Shown: positions 1 through 14,123 of the stretch, piece after piece | How positions within the stretch are numbered: the first letter of the stretch is position 1 | Layout of the letters: every line of letters begins with the position of its first letter | Source of the DNA: Felis catus | Lineage: Eukaryota | NCBI RefSeq assembly: GCF_018350175.1 | Contig: NC_058368.1 | Coordinates: forward strand, 35,962,001 to 36,026,000 | Length of the DNA stretch: 64,000 nt | Reading direction: 5' to 3' | Program-made: the position numbers and the translations under genes | Notes under the pieces: generated by a model | Databases searched by the model: none | Told to the model about the DNA's origin: nothing | What the model saw: only the letters and a program-made list of their open reading frames with translations

Positions 1-3000
1 TAGTAGAATATATTTTTGTGCTCCTTATTGACAATTCAATTGAAGCAATACCCTAACATGGCTGTCTTCTCTAAATTGTTTTATTATAAATGTCCCCCCC
101 CCGACCATGTTCTTTCAAATTATTTCACTGTATTGACAGAAATGCACACAAATGTGTATTTTCAGAAAACTCTAATATCCTACAATTGGTTTGTAATACC
201 AAATGTATTATTTATCTCACAAAATTATGAGGTTGTAACCTATGACTTCCATGACAGAATGGTTCCAACAAACACAATGCTATTTATGTTATTAAGTCTG
301 TCGCACAATGAATATTTTTATGTATTTACAGTACACGTGGAATGTGTAAAATGTGATTGAATTCATAATTAATCCTGAATATTCAAAATATATATCAAAC
401 TAATAAATTTAATTGGCATTTTTAGAAGTTTATAGTACAAGGAGGTCAATGGGAGCCTTCGAAAATGCTTTCTACTTATTATAGCAGATGAATTTGAAAT
501 TCCAAACACTAGGCATTTCCAGGTGGCTGCCACCTGGAAATGAAGTGTTCTAAGTGTTCACAGTAGGTGAATAAAAGATAAACATTTGGTATTTAGTAAG
601 CCATTTATCATAAAATGCTGGAAAGTCACAAGGCTTTGGAATTGGAGATGTATTTGATTAGACAAATATTTGGGTCAGGGCAAAGAGTTACTAGCTAAAA
701 ATCAAACAAACAGTCTTAAAAGCAGAGAAGTCAATAAAATGAAGAGGACAAAAATCAAATACAAGACATCAAAGAATGCTCCTGAAAGCTAAACACATGG
801 AAATGGAAAAAAGTGGAAAACATTAGAAGTGGGCAATCATTAAATCCACTCTGACAATTCACTGAAGGCTGCCCTTTCTCTAGAAGCTAATTCCATCTCC
901 AAAAGCTCCAGCAACAGTCTCCAGGCTGGACTCCTAGTTCTTAAATAAGGTCTAAGAATTTTCTGGAAAACGTATGTATTTATGCATAAGGAAAGAGTAG
1001 AGCATGCTGAAACTTAGGGGAGGCTCCCAGGAACGACCAGGAAAAAGCACCAGAGGGAAGGTGACATTTACTCTAAGTTACTCGATAAAGGAGAGAGCTA
1101 GGCAACATCGTAGGCCACAGCTGCCACTTTCCACAAATTTAACTTAAAATCCACCACGCGGCTTTCAGTTGGCATGCTGAAGGCTGAAGAGAGGCAAGGT
1201 GAATGAGAAAAAGGAAATCAAAAGAAAAGGTACTAAAAAGGATTTTCTCAAGTAAATAACATTTGGGGAGAAGAAGTTAAGGCTGAAGGAATTAACAGCC
1301 GTATTTTATGCATAGTGGGGCTCAGTATTAGGCTTATAACAATGGCAATACTTAGAAGTTGCATTGAACAGGAGGTGGAAGTGAAGGGTACTGAGAATCT
1401 AAGAGGAACCCGTGGAACAGGAACCGGGTGCCAATGAGGGAGCCTGGGTTCCACCAAGACACAGACGCTAAACCTTGGGCCAGCAGCAAGTGCACCGTTT
1501 CTGACACTGAGCAATCATACAACACAGGCTTATCAAATGAATAAGTGAGTTACAGACTGGACTTACATGGCATTTCTAGAATTTAGACTACCTAGGGAAG
1601 AAGACAGATATATGGCAGAGGTATGAGAACCCTAAGAGACAGGGCTGAACAAGGTGACACTATAAACTGACCTTGGTTTTACCTGAAAACACTCCCCCAA
1701 CCCACAGAGTTTTGTCATATTTTCTACTCATTAATAAAATACCATTCCAATTTAATAATGAAGCAGGTTCTTGTGAAATAATCAATAGAACCTTCACAGA
1801 TTAGAGTCCTTTAAACTTCAACTGTTTAGATAAGAGACAATGTACTCAATCTTAAAAGTCCAGGAGGGGGGAAAAAAAGAAATATTTCAATGGTATATAG
1901 AAATAAAATAATAACCCAAAATATTTTCAGTGAAATACAACAGAAAAGCTGTAAGCCATTATCTCTTAGAAAAGAAGCAGCCCTAATGAAGTAGATTTTT
2001 GAAAATTGTCATACGGGTAAGCTCATTAGTTGCAATGAAAGATCCCCCTGCTGATCCACGAGGACTTAATGGCCAGGATTTGTTATGTCTCAAAAACAAA
2101 GGTACTTTTTAATTCATGTGATAGCTCACTGAGGAGACTTCAAATATGGAAACTTTTAAGTGATGATATATAATATAAAATCACTGAAATTTTCCAAAGC
2201 AAATGTAGACTCATTTCATCCAAAACTCATGTTCATTCCTATAAATTCTCATTCATTAATAGAATAATATAATCACACAAAGAAATTATGCTCAACAATC
2301 ACCTATACTATATAATATCTACATCCATATCTATATCGGTATCTATATATATCTATCTCAGTGATGGTTTTTCTATTTCAAACATCAAGTTGGCTGCTCC
2401 CAGTGAAATGCATTCACACTGTCTGCTGACCTAAACACATATGCACGCCTCCGCTCTAACAGATGGAAATGAGAAGCATCCAAGGCTCTAGAATGCCCCC
2501 ACAGAAACACCAAAAAAGAAAACAAACAAAAGAATCTAATTACCGAGTTACAACTCTGTAAGCCCTTATCAAATTTAAATAGTTTTCAAAAGCAAAATAT
2601 TAAAATATTTATAGAGAATTTCAAGCACAATCAAATGAGTCAAAATAGATAAATGCCATTTTAAAAACTTAATATAGAGCAAAACTGGTAGAAAATAAAC
2701 TCTGTCCTAAAAAGTACATCTGAAACAGAAGTATGTTCCAACTTACTGTTCAGTTTTAGAACCAGGAGGAAAGATGGAGAAGTGGTCAGACATGCAAACT
2801 GTTATTATCAGAACATGCTTGCATGGATTTAATTCTTGCCAAAGACCTAACGTTGATATAATGTATCAACTACTCAGCTTTCTTTTCTCCAGAAAAAGAA
2901 CTTTCTCTATACTTCAAGGCATTATGCATAACTTTTTCATCTATTTCTCTTTAACTTATCATGCTTACCATTCATCAAGAACATCCACTTTCAATTCTCT

Positions 3001-3483
3001 TTCAGCCTGTTTACTTACATTTTATTCCAAAATTTCAGAAATCTCATTTTAGAGAAATTACCTTCTTGAATTAATAAATCAACCACTTAGAGTTATTTTT
3101 AATATTTTTTTCCTCTGTGCCCTGTTGCCCTATCTCATTGTTTTATATGAGAAAATAATTTGATTATCTTCCCTTCTTAAATTCCATTTAAATGCATGCA
3201 TATATACTTGGTCATTATCTTCTTATACCAAGGACATTCTAAGGTAGCACAAGGGCAAAGTAAGTAATTTCATTGTTATACTCACATGCAAGATCAAGAA
3301 ATAAAGTGAAAAGTTTATTTTGGGTCTTAAAAATCCAGACTAATTATTTCTAACCCCCTCCCACCCTCAAAAAGCTTGCATGAGATAGATACTTTAAAGA
3401 AACCTACATCTCAGGAAACTATTTAAAGGGAGTAGAAAATGATAAGTGATTTTTGTTTGTTTGTTTAAGAAGAAGTATTTATT

Positions 3484-3704
3484 GGGGCGCCTAGGTGGCG
3501 CAGTCGGTTAAGCGTTCGACTTCAGCCAGGTCACGATCTCGCGGTCCATGAGTTCAAGCCCTGCGGCAGGCTCTGGGCTGATGGCTCAGAGCTTGGAGCC
3601 TGTTTCCGATTCTGTGTCTCCCTCTCTCTCTGCCCCTCCCCCGTTCATGCTCTGTCTCTCTCTGTCCCAAAAATAAATAAACGTTGAAAAAAAAATTTTT
3701 TAAA
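3484..3704 (+). mobile_element. SINEC_Fc-type tRNA-derived SINE, young Felis-type subfamily
   Basis: GGGGCGCCTAGGTGGCGCAGTCGGTTAAGCG head, CT-rich tract, A-rich tail. TSD AAGAAGTATTTA(T/C)T at 3470-3483 and 3705-3718. Many CpGs intact. Confidence 0.95.
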
Positions 3705-4598
3705 AAGAAGTATTTACTAAAATATAGGGGAAAAACAAGTATCCTTAAGTTGACAAATTCCAATTTTAAGAAGGGAATAAATTGATTACAAAAATAGTCT
3801 GACGTTTCTAATGACCAGGACTCAACACAGTGAGAATAACGATATCCCATCACTTCAAATGAGTTGTCTTCCAAAAAAGGATGTACGTATACGTATGTAT
3901 TCATAAACTGGTTGTTGAAGCATGTAAAATGTTTTCCACAAAATCAATGATATATAAATAAAAACTAGATTCTTTAAGTGATCAAAAAATCGCATTCAAA
4001 TCATATTATAACCAACCATTAACACCAGGTCCTATCCTCTCATGACCCTTTGCAACCTGATCTAAGTCCAGTAAGGAACAGAAGCAGGTTAGCTATCTGG
4101 GTATTAGAAAAGACTGCATGGAATTTTCTCTGCTAGGACAAAGTATGCAGTCTGTCCCTTCAATGTGGATAGAGATAGATTCAGAACTTAGGCTAACTGG
4201 GGCCACTGATTACTGGGGCTTGGCCCAGATACACAATTGTCCCCAAGTGAATGACACTGAACCAAGGAAGCATCTTAACAGCAACAGCGGTGGCGGTGGG
4301 GGGGGGGGGGGGGGGGAGCAGCAGAGGGTGGGGCTGGTAGGAACTTATAAGGTATAAACTACAAAATAATGTATTTTTTAATTCAGGCCTCATTTTCTAA
4401 TATAAAACCATTAAACTCATAGTTCCAATAATGATAACTCATAAAATAAATGTCTTATGACATTCTATTTTTAAAATGACATACTCAGTAGTAAATCACT
4501 GTGGCAAAGTAGCAAGTATATTCAAATAAAAGGCACTATGTTCGGTCTTTGCGTACTAACTGAAGACCCAAAGCAGTGAAATGTTTTCTATAAAATCA

Positions 4599-4733
<135 letters not shown>

Positions 4734-5196
4734 CTAAATAGGATGAAAGGGAGAAAAAAACAGTAAAAAATATTTTGATAATCTGCCTATTTATATTACA
4801 TTAATACTACATTTTATAGGTAAAAGCTAAGTCGATTGTAAAATTAGTTAATTCTGTTTTTGAATTGCAAAGGTTTAAATACTTGAAAGCTACACTTTAT
4901 GAATTGGTTTAAGTAACGTCATTAACGTTTGTTGGAAAGAAAGTATAAGTTTAATCTAATCTATTATGCAATTTATTATGCAGCAAATGTATCATAAATA
5001 CTTAGGACAGCAGTGTAACCTGAAAGTCTATATAATAGTAGTACTTAACCCCAGGCGTTAGTTTCTTTGTTTTAATTTGGCACATATTTATGGAATGCCT
5101 ACTAGATACTGCAGGAGTTGGAGATACAATAACAAAAAAGACACAGAGTTCCTCAAGAAGCTGTTTACTTGGGGGGGGGTGGAATACATACATACC

Positions 5197-5205
<9 letters not shown>

Positions 5206-5258
<53 letters not shown>
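5206..5258 (+). repeat. (CA)~26 microsatellite, preceded by (TACA)n
   Basis: Read directly. Confidence 0.98.
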
Positions 5259-5260
<2 letters not shown>

Positions 5261-5618
5261 TTACCCTGGTGTGACAAAGAGTATACTAAGAATAATCACA
5301 AAGTATGCCTAAGAGGACAGGACATCTGAACTGAACACTGGTAGACAGGAAGTTGTATGGGATTAGGAAGGGAGGAAGAAAATTCAAAAGTGCAGTATCA
5401 CAAGCAGATGGAACAGCATTTTAAAAAGGCCATAGATGAAGAAGAAAATGACACATTTGAGGAGTCTGAATGACTCCAAAATAAAAGTGTGTGTTGAGGA
5501 GGATGATAGCGTAGAAAGATATAAATCTGGGAAGATCAGAAAAGACCAGAAAACAGGAGGAAATGTATGCCATGCAAAGGAAAGAAGATTTTGATCCTTA
5601 AGAATCGGGGGGGGGGGT

Positions 5619-5845
5619 ATTTTTTAATTAATTAACTTATTTTTAATCTTTATTTAATTTTGAGAGAGAGCACAAGCACAAGAGGGGAGGGGCAGAGAGA
5701 AAAGAAGACAGAATCTGAAGCAGGCTCCAGGCTCCTAGCTGTCAGCACAGAGCCTGATGCAGGGCTCCAACCCACGAACCATGAGATCAATTTGGAACCT
5801 GAGCTGAATTTGGATGCTTAACCAACTGAGCCACCCAGGCGCCCC
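5619..5845 (-). mobile_element. SINEC (carnivore SINE)
   Basis: T-rich tail, GA tract, ends CCACCCAGGCGCCCC. Degenerate TSD AGAATCGGG / AGAATTGGG. Confidence 0.93.
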
Positions 5846-6232
5846 AGAATTGGGAGTTTTTAAATTGGGTAAGAGATGACCAGACCTGCAGTTAGAAAGT
5901 TCCCTCTAGTGCAGTGTGGATGAAAGACGAAAAGCAAAGGTAAGAACAGAAGCAGGATGAATAACTTTAAAATGCTGTAACAATAATTCAGTCAGGGAAA
6001 GAAGGCCTGAGCAGAGGCAGTGCCTTGGGGATGGAGATAACAGGATGGAGGGGGCATGGAAACCCAGGCGGTGCCATTAATTGGAATAAGTGGAAAGACA
6101 GACAAACAAATTTAGGTGGGGTGGGCAAAGAGAGACCAGTTTCAGTTTTGGCCAGGTTGAGTTTAAAGCTTTTAAGTGACATCCAAGTAAAAATGCCCAA
6201 CAAGGATGTAGTAGACTGATACAGGTGTAAAA

Positions 6233-6463
6233 CAATGCTTCTCAACCTTTTTTTGTCGTTCATTATTGCTGGCTAAGGAGCATCTTTAGGCATTTTTTCT
6301 TAATTGCGTGCACTTATGAAATTTTTAAATCATCGGTAACTGGGTAACTGTTTATGTACTGCATGTACATCTATGCTTTGCACATAAAAACAGCAAGATA
6401 CTTTTGCTTCCAAAGAACCAATTTTCTCTCCCTCGAGGGTGGATAAACTCTTGAGCATGTCTG
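6233..6463. mobile_element. hAT-Charlie-like MER DNA-transposon fossil
   Basis: Ends CAATGCTTCTCAA ... TTGAGCATGTCTG resemble degenerate Charlie terminal inverted repeats. Confidence 0.5.
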
Positions 6464-7575
6464 ACTAGAACTCAGAGGAACATACTGGACTAGGTCACCA
6501 GTTTGTGAGCCCTCAGCCCCCAAAGCTAAACAGTTGATCAAATGAATGCAAACCAGTACTCAGAATGAAAGGAAGCTGGACAGAGGCTTGAAGAGAAGAC
6601 TAGAGTAGACAATTCTAATCTGAAATGGCCAAGGCATGCAACCAGAAGGGAGAAGTAATGATGCGAAAAACATAAAAAATAAATGGAAGCCAGCTCAGGT
6701 TTTGTGTAGTAACTGGGGATGGGGGTGTTGAGGGTGAATAGAAAGCAAATATGTCATCTGGTGGTGTTCCCTATAATTGAGTAATTATTCAGAGCAGATA
6801 ATACGAAAGGGGGAAAGTCATTTCTTTTGTACAAAGAGTTCATTTGGAGCTGGAAATTCTTGGTATACCTAGTTGTGGACAGCCCTGTTTCCTTGCTTCC
6901 TTTCCAACCGTTCAAATGGGCGTGGGTGTGTATGTAATTTTTTTAAAACTCTACATAACTAAATATCATATCATTATCAGACAAGGATCAAACAACTGTT
7001 AATATCTGATAGTGGAATTAGGAGAGATAAACTCTACCATCACAAATGTTCAAACACATTACTTATTAGTACAAAAATATCTTATTCCTGGAAATACAGA
7101 GCTACCCTCCCACACAACCTGAGTTTCATGATTACTCATGTGATAGATTTAAATGCTACACTGGCCTTCCAACATGCAAATCAAAAGTATGATTCCTTAA
7201 GTATGGCACCTTAAAAACTGACTGATAGGACACAATCCATTATTTGATACCTTTTTTAAAAGGAACATAAACCATAACATCCATCTGAGTGTTTTAAAAA
7301 GCATACCTCAAAAAAGGACTTGACTAACTAGCTAGATTAATTGTCACTAACATGTGTGGATGACCTGGTAATGCTAAACAGTGCCTTTAACTAGTTACAT
7401 GGTCACTGGTAAGTTACTAGAGTTCAGTTTTCACACAGATAAAATAAGAATATGGGACTGGACAGAAAAAAGAGACTCCAAATTCGCTTTCCACTCCAAA
7501 AATATTAAGTATACATTATAGCGGACTCAAGTGTTGATAGACATAACGAAATCTAATTTTAAAAATACTAAAATA

Positions 7576-7778
7576 GGGGCGCCTGGGTGGCTCAGTCGCT
7601 TAAGCATCCGACTCTTGATTTTGACGCAGGTCATGATCTCATGGTTCCTAAGATTGAGCCCTCTGTTGGGCTCTATGCTGACACTGTGCAGAGCCTGCTT
7701 GGGATTCTCTCTCTTCTTCCGTCTCTGCCCTCCTCCCCCCTTGTTCTCTCTTTCTCTCTCAAAATAAATAAACTTAAA
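7576..7778 (+). mobile_element. SINEC
   Basis: GGGGCGCCTGGGTGGCTCAGTCG head. TSD AAAAATACTA(A/G)AATA at 7561-7575 and 7779-7793. Confidence 0.95.
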
Positions 7779-10014
7779 AAAAATACTAGAATAAAAATGA
7801 ATTAACCTAGTTGTAATCTCAGTTCACAAGTTATTTTTGCATGCTAACGGCTGTTAGAATCTTTCAGTTTGTTTTCACATATACTGAGAATGCCAGTCGG
7901 ATTTATTAAATTACCTTTCAATCCATAATTTCCTTCACACTATCATGGTTAATGGATAAGGACAGAGTAAAAGTAGCAAAGTTTCATAAATAATTTTTCT
8001 CTTGTACAACCAAGACTTAGCATAAAAGCTGTCTTTTGTTTTTGTTTTTTAAAACACCTTAATAATAAACTCTTCTCTCTCCCTCCCCCCTGGCAGCAAT
8101 GACTGCCTTGGGAACAGCATCCCTTCTGTGGACTCTCAGCTCCCCACTGCTGCCGGTTACATCCCTCCCCTTCAACCATGTTCCTTTCCTGTGAAACTAG
8201 ATACACGGCCTGTGTAGAATGTTGATTAGCACAAGCACCATCTACCTCTGTAATTTGCAAAGCCCTCAAAGAGCTTTCCAGTAAGTACTATGTATGATGC
8301 AACTAAATAGCCAGCCACTGCTAGGATTAAATGTATGAAGAAATCTCTGTGATCTAACAACAACCAATGAGATCAATCTCGATCTTTATTCATGAGCAAT
8401 AAAAATTCATAATTAGAATTCTGGAATATAGTTTATAGCATCTACCAGTTTAGTAAATGTTAAGTATACAAGTCAAACAAAAATTCAAGTGGTTCAGAGA
8501 CCATCACAGAGCTAGACACTAATTTATGGGGCAGAGTGTTATTCTGGCTATATTACTGAAAACATCAACTGCTTAGCAGGTAGCGTATTGGCAACAGTCT
8601 AATATTCAAAAGGATGTCCACTGAATAGTAAATGGAAGCAAAATTCTCCCATCCTTTTAGAATCTGTATTTAACATTCGTAAGACCAAAAAAAAAAAAAA
8701 AATAATAAAATTCCTAAGTAAATAAATTTGAAATTAAACCTAATAAATGATAAGTTTAGATAAGAAACAAGGATGGCAACTGTTTGTTGATAACATATGG
8801 TGTCTCATTTACAAACTGCTATGTGGCTTTAAATTCCAGGTTGGAGAATCTTCATTCAGGTCCTAACATTCTCAGGAAAAAGTACACAAAGTTATTCTTC
8901 CTGCGTCAATTACTCTATTCCCTCCTCTACTTCTCCCCCATGTCACTTTATAAAAAAGGATAAAAAAGGGCACCTCCCAGAAGCATAAATGCACAAAATA
9001 TTTATCAAAGTCTTTTTACGCACTTGCTCAATTTTTCACTTTTTGATAAACATGAACAAAAGGGGCACATTTTATTTCCACTAATTACTCCTATCATATA
9101 TAATCAGCAACTGAACTAGAAGCTGGGGGGGGGGGGGAGGTGCTAATTTTGTTGGAGAGAAAGAACAGTTCACTTGAGCACACTTTGTAACGCTAACTCT
9201 TGGAAAGAAAATGAAGCTAAAATATTTGCTTTAAAAATTCATTTAGGTTTAAAAACTATGCTTTATTTAAATTTTAACAGACATTGCTTGACAGGCTTCC
9301 TTTTGTTTTATTGCCAAGAGATGTATCTTGCTGATGAGTAATCATCACTGTTAAGTAGAATTTCTTATTTGTATATTGTTTCTTTGAGGTACATTTAATG
9401 CAGCATGGATGTCAAATAAACACAAAGATGGATGGAGTTTCTTCAACTGCTCTGTTCATTTCAGACAAAATAACGTTAAAAGAAGATCCTGTAATAAATC
9501 ATGGTCTACTTGTCACTCTGGAGTAGAATTCCTTTGTAGCTGTAATGCAGTGTTTTGGAATATTTTTAAGCCATTCAGCACAAATTCGGATGACATTTAA
9601 AGAATATTCCATTGTTTTAATCACACGAAAAATTCCTAGAATAAAAACGGAGTATCCTTTTGGTGATCCTCAGAATCCAAAGGTCCCACACTCTTTGACT
9701 AATGATACTTAAATCATAAGAGTATTGCCAAATCAGTAGCTCTACTTCCATTATTATGCTTCTATTATCTAAGTATGTATCAAAACGGCACTATTGCTCT
9801 GGATGTTGGAGACATTGCTGAACACCATAAAAATGACAAAATTACGAGAATCTGTAATTGCCCCAGGAACATTCTAGAAGACCCTAACTTGTGTATGGCA
9901 ATTAATATGATTAATATTAGAAATAATGTTAATGATCAGTTTTTATTATAAATAATAACGGCGATATTAATATTAATGCCATTAACACAAATACCACTGA
10001 TATTATCATAGCAG

Positions 10015-10240
10015 TAGCTCTTATGTGACACTTACCCTGAAGCCAGAACTAGTCAAAAAGGATATATTTTAGTGCTTAAAACACAAAACATCTTTAGGTG
10101 GAACTAGTATTATACACATTACTAAAGAGGAGAAAAAAGACTTGGGAGATGATGTAGCATACATCAGGTCATGTAACTACTATCTGATAAGCCCAAGGTT
10201 TGAACCCATGTCTGTTTGAATCCTAAGTTCTTAACTACTA
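10015..10240 (-). mobile_element. MIR fragment
   Basis: Degenerate MIR core such as AGGTCATGTAACTACT...CCAAGGTTTGAACCCATGTCTGTTTGAATCC...TTCTTAACTACTA. Confidence 0.55.
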
Positions 10241-12530
10241 CAAAATACAGTTCCTCTACAAAAATCTTTAGATTATTATGTGTCAAAATAAACAAATTTC
10301 TCAAAACCACAGTGGACGAAAATGGCAGGTAAGACAACAAAAGAACAGATGCAATTTAAAACAGTGAAGCCCTACAACCTGCTAATTTTAGCCTGAAAAG
10401 CCTCTAAAAACAGACACCTGCTACCTTGAGGTCATTTCTAGTTCTGAGAGCATGCCATTCTTTCTAATGTTGTATCTATAAATTTAATAAAATGTCACCT
10501 AAATCTTATCACTGAAACAGCAAGTCTTTCAACATTGCTAATAGATTAGTGCTGACAAAATATTATTCGAATACGTTTAGATGAAAAGACAGCTGTTAAG
10601 TTTAACCTTTAACAGACTTGAACAAGTATACGTACGAACATCACATTCCATCTTAAATCCTATGCAGAATAAAGCGATTTGTGAACGTACGAAATAGGAA
10701 CTCTAAATAGAAGTTAAAGGTATTCCCATGAAAACAGGTGTGTAAACACATACTATCAAAAAAAAAATATCATATTTGCTTAGATAAGAAGGGCAATGTG
10801 CCAGGAAAAATTCACTAGTGAAAACCACAATTATACAATGAATAATGTTTTTTGATATGTGTATAACTGCATTAAAAAAATAATCACCATGCTGATTAAT
10901 TTTTTTGAAAAGATTGGTTATCTTCCTACAATGGAAATAAAAATCTTAATTTAAATAAAATAAGATGCTTAACACCATTTAGGTCACTGCCATAACTATT
11001 ACTACCTATAATAAAACTTTCAAAATGATTTTAAAGTAGAGATCAAATGATATTAGGTAAAAAAAATATATTAGACAAATTGTGATATTCATATATGAAA
11101 ATAATTTCTATTCATTGTGTAGTTTTCATTTTAAAATGACGAGAGTTTAAATATTAAATAAGAAAATGCTTTATATAATGTGGATTTCTATAATTATAAG
11201 CTAGTTTCTTTCATACTCCCCCCCACTTTCCCTGAATTATGTTTTTAATTTATTTCTTTTGGATTTTAGCAACTACAAAAACTGCAGAGTTCAAAGAATT
11301 TTTGCACTGTAGTAAAAATTTTAGCTTATTACATTATCTACTGTATTGTTCGATGTTCTGTTTATTTATATAGCCTCCTTATCCACAAGACATTTAAAAC
11401 AGCTCAGTATTCTTTAATTAATATAAATGGACCAAATACATAAATTTTAAATTGAATGTTCTACCTTTTATTTTTTAAATCCTGGATTTTATTTTTTTAA
11501 AGCAGTTTCAACTTTACAGAAAAAAAAATGAGCAGAAAATACAGAGCTCCCATATACCCTCTCCTCCATCCAAATTTCCCTATTAGTAACATTTTACATG
11601 GGTGTGGTACATTTGTCACAACTGATGACATTATTCTTAAGATCCGCTGCCTTCTATAGTTGTAGGGGGGTGGACAATGAAGATCATATATCTACCATTA
11701 TACCATCATACAGAAGAGTTTCACCCACCCAATCCCCAAACTCCCCGTGCTCTTATTCAAATCTTCTGTATTCTTTCTCCATCACAACCCCTGACAACCA
11801 CTGATCTTTTTACCATTTCTATCATTTTCTCTCTTCCAAAGAGTCATACATGTATTTGGAATCATCCAGTATGTAGTCTTTTCAAATTGGCCTCTTTCAC
11901 TTAATAACATGAATTTAAGCTTCCTCCAAATCTTCTCTTGGCTTGGGAGATCATTTGTTTTTATCACTGAATACTATTCTATTGTACGGAGGCATCAGTT
12001 TGTTTATCCATTCACCTACTGAAGGACATCTTAGTTATTTCCAAATATTGGCAATTACAAATAAAGCTGCTATAAACATTTGTGCACAGGTTTTCAACGC
12101 CTTTGAATAAGTAAGGCGTTAAAAGTAAGTAAGAGTGTGATCACTGAATTCTAAATTTATGTTTAACTTGGTTACTGCCCAACAGTCTTCCAACAGAGAT
12201 GTACCATTTTGCATTCTCTTCCTGTTGTACTACATTTTTGCCAGGATTTGAACTTGCCAATGTTTCAGATTTTAGCCATTCTAATAGATGTGTATGTTGT
12301 CTCATTGTTTCAGCTTGCAATTCTCTGCTGACTATGATGTTGGCTATCTGCTCATGTATTTATTTGCCATTTGTAAATCTTCTTTGGTGATGTGTCCAGT
12401 CAGGTCTTTTGACCATTTCTTAATTGTTTTTCTTGTTGAATTTCAAGAGTTATTTATATATTTTGGATAGAAGTCCTTTATTAGATATGCGTTTTGCAAG
12501 GATTTTCTCCCCTTCTGTGGTGTGTCTTCT

Positions 12531-12776
12531 TTTTTATATATTTTTAAGTTTATTGATTTTTACGTTGGGATGGAGGAAGAGAGTGAGGGGGAGGGAGGGA
12601 GGGAGGGAGGGAGGGAGGCAGAAAGAAAGAGAGAGAGGAAAACAGAAAATCCCAAGCAGTCTCCACGCTGCCAGCATGGACCCCAAAATGGGGCTTCACC
12701 TCACGAACCGTGAGATTATGACCTGAACTGAAATCAAGAATCAGAGGTTTAACCGATTTAGCCACGCAGGCACTCC
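12531..12776 (-). mobile_element. SINEC (older), nested in L1
   Basis: T tail, (GGGA)n tract, ends TTTAGCCACGCAGGCACTCC. Confidence 0.9.
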
Positions 12777-13098
12777 CATCTTCTCTCTTAAAAGTGTTTT
12801 TGCAGAGTTTTCCATTTTGATGAAATCCAACTTCTCACTATTTTTCTTTCAAGGATCATGCTTTTGGTACCCTATCTAAAAAGTCATTGACAAAACTAAA
12901 GTCACCTGAATTTTCTCTTATCTTCTAAAAGTTGTACAGCTTTGCATTTTACATGTAGGGCTATGTCCATTTTGAATTAATTTTTATGAAAGGCCTGAGG
13001 TCTGTATGGAGATACAGTTTTTGTTTTGTTTTTATTTTATTTTCGGCACGTTTATGTGCAGTTGTTCCAGCACCACTTCTTCAAAAGACTGTTATTTC

Positions 13099-13317
13099 AG
13101 GACGCCTGGGTGGCTCGGTCGGTTAAGCATCCGACTTCGGCTCAGGTCATGATGTCGCGATTTGTGAGTTTGAGCCCCGCATGGGGCTCTGTGCTCACAG
13201 TGTGGAGCCTAGAGGCCACTTTGCTTTCTGTGTCTCCTCTTCTCCCTGCTCTTCCCCTGATCATGCTATGTCTTTCCTTCAAAAATAAACAAACATTCAA
13301 AGAAAATTTAAAAAAAA
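13099..13317 (+). mobile_element. SINEC nested in L1
   Basis: Head GGACGCCTGGGTGGCTCGGTCGGTTAAG. TSD AAAAG(A/G)CTGTTATTTC at 13083-13098 and 13318-13333. Confidence 0.94.
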
Positions 13318-14123
13318 AAAAGGCTGTTATTTCTCCATTGGTTGCCTTTGTTTCTTTGTTAAAGATTTGACTATATTTATGTGGAGTTATTTCTGGGCTC
13401 TCTATTCTGTCTCATTGATCTGTCCACTTTTTTTTTTTAACCAATATAAGAATATTTTGATTATTGCAGCTTTGTAATTCTTGAAGTCCAGGAGTATCGG
13501 TCCTCCGACTCCATTCCTCTTCAGTGTTGTGTTGGCTTTTCTGGGTCTTTTACATGCCCATATGGCCTTTAGATTCAGTTTGTCAATATTCACAAAATAG
13601 CTTGCTGGGATTTTGATTAGGATTGCATGGAATCTACAGATCAAGTTGGGAAGAAGAAATATCTAAATAATATTGAACATTCTTTTCCATTAACATGGAA
13701 TATCTAATTCTTTATTAGCTCTTTTTTGATTTTTTTCATCAAAGTTTTATAGTTTTTCTCATAAGAATCTTGTACATATTTTAAGTACTACTCTTTTGTG
13801 TACTAACATAAATGATATTGTTTTTCCTTTCAAGTTCAGCTCTTCATTACTGGTTTTTGGAAAGTGATTAACTTTTTTATGTCAACTTCATATCCTGAAA
13901 CTTTGCTATAATCACCTACCAGTTCCAAGAGGTATATATATATATTTTTCTTTTTGGTTTTGGTCAATTTGGTGGGGCTTTCTACACAGGCAAACATTTC
14001 ACCTATGAACAAAGACACTTTTATTTATTCCTTCTCAATCTCTACAACTTCTATTTCGTTTTCTTGTCTTACTGCATTAGCTAAGACTTCCAATACAATG
14101 CTGAATAAGAAGGGTACCAGGGA

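Larger units (their letters stand above)
5075..6230 (-). mobile_element. Degenerate L2 fragment, interrupted by a CA repeat and a SINE
   Basis: L2-like motifs such as CATATTTATGGAATGCCTACT, GACCAGACCTGCAGTTAGAAAGTTCCCTCTAG and GTTTCAGTTTTGGCCAGGTTGAGTTT. Boundaries approximate. Confidence 0.6.

Noticed and set aside
3484..3560. tRNA-like A/B box sequences here and in similar copies
   Set aside because: They are heads of tRNA-derived SINEC elements, not tRNA genes.
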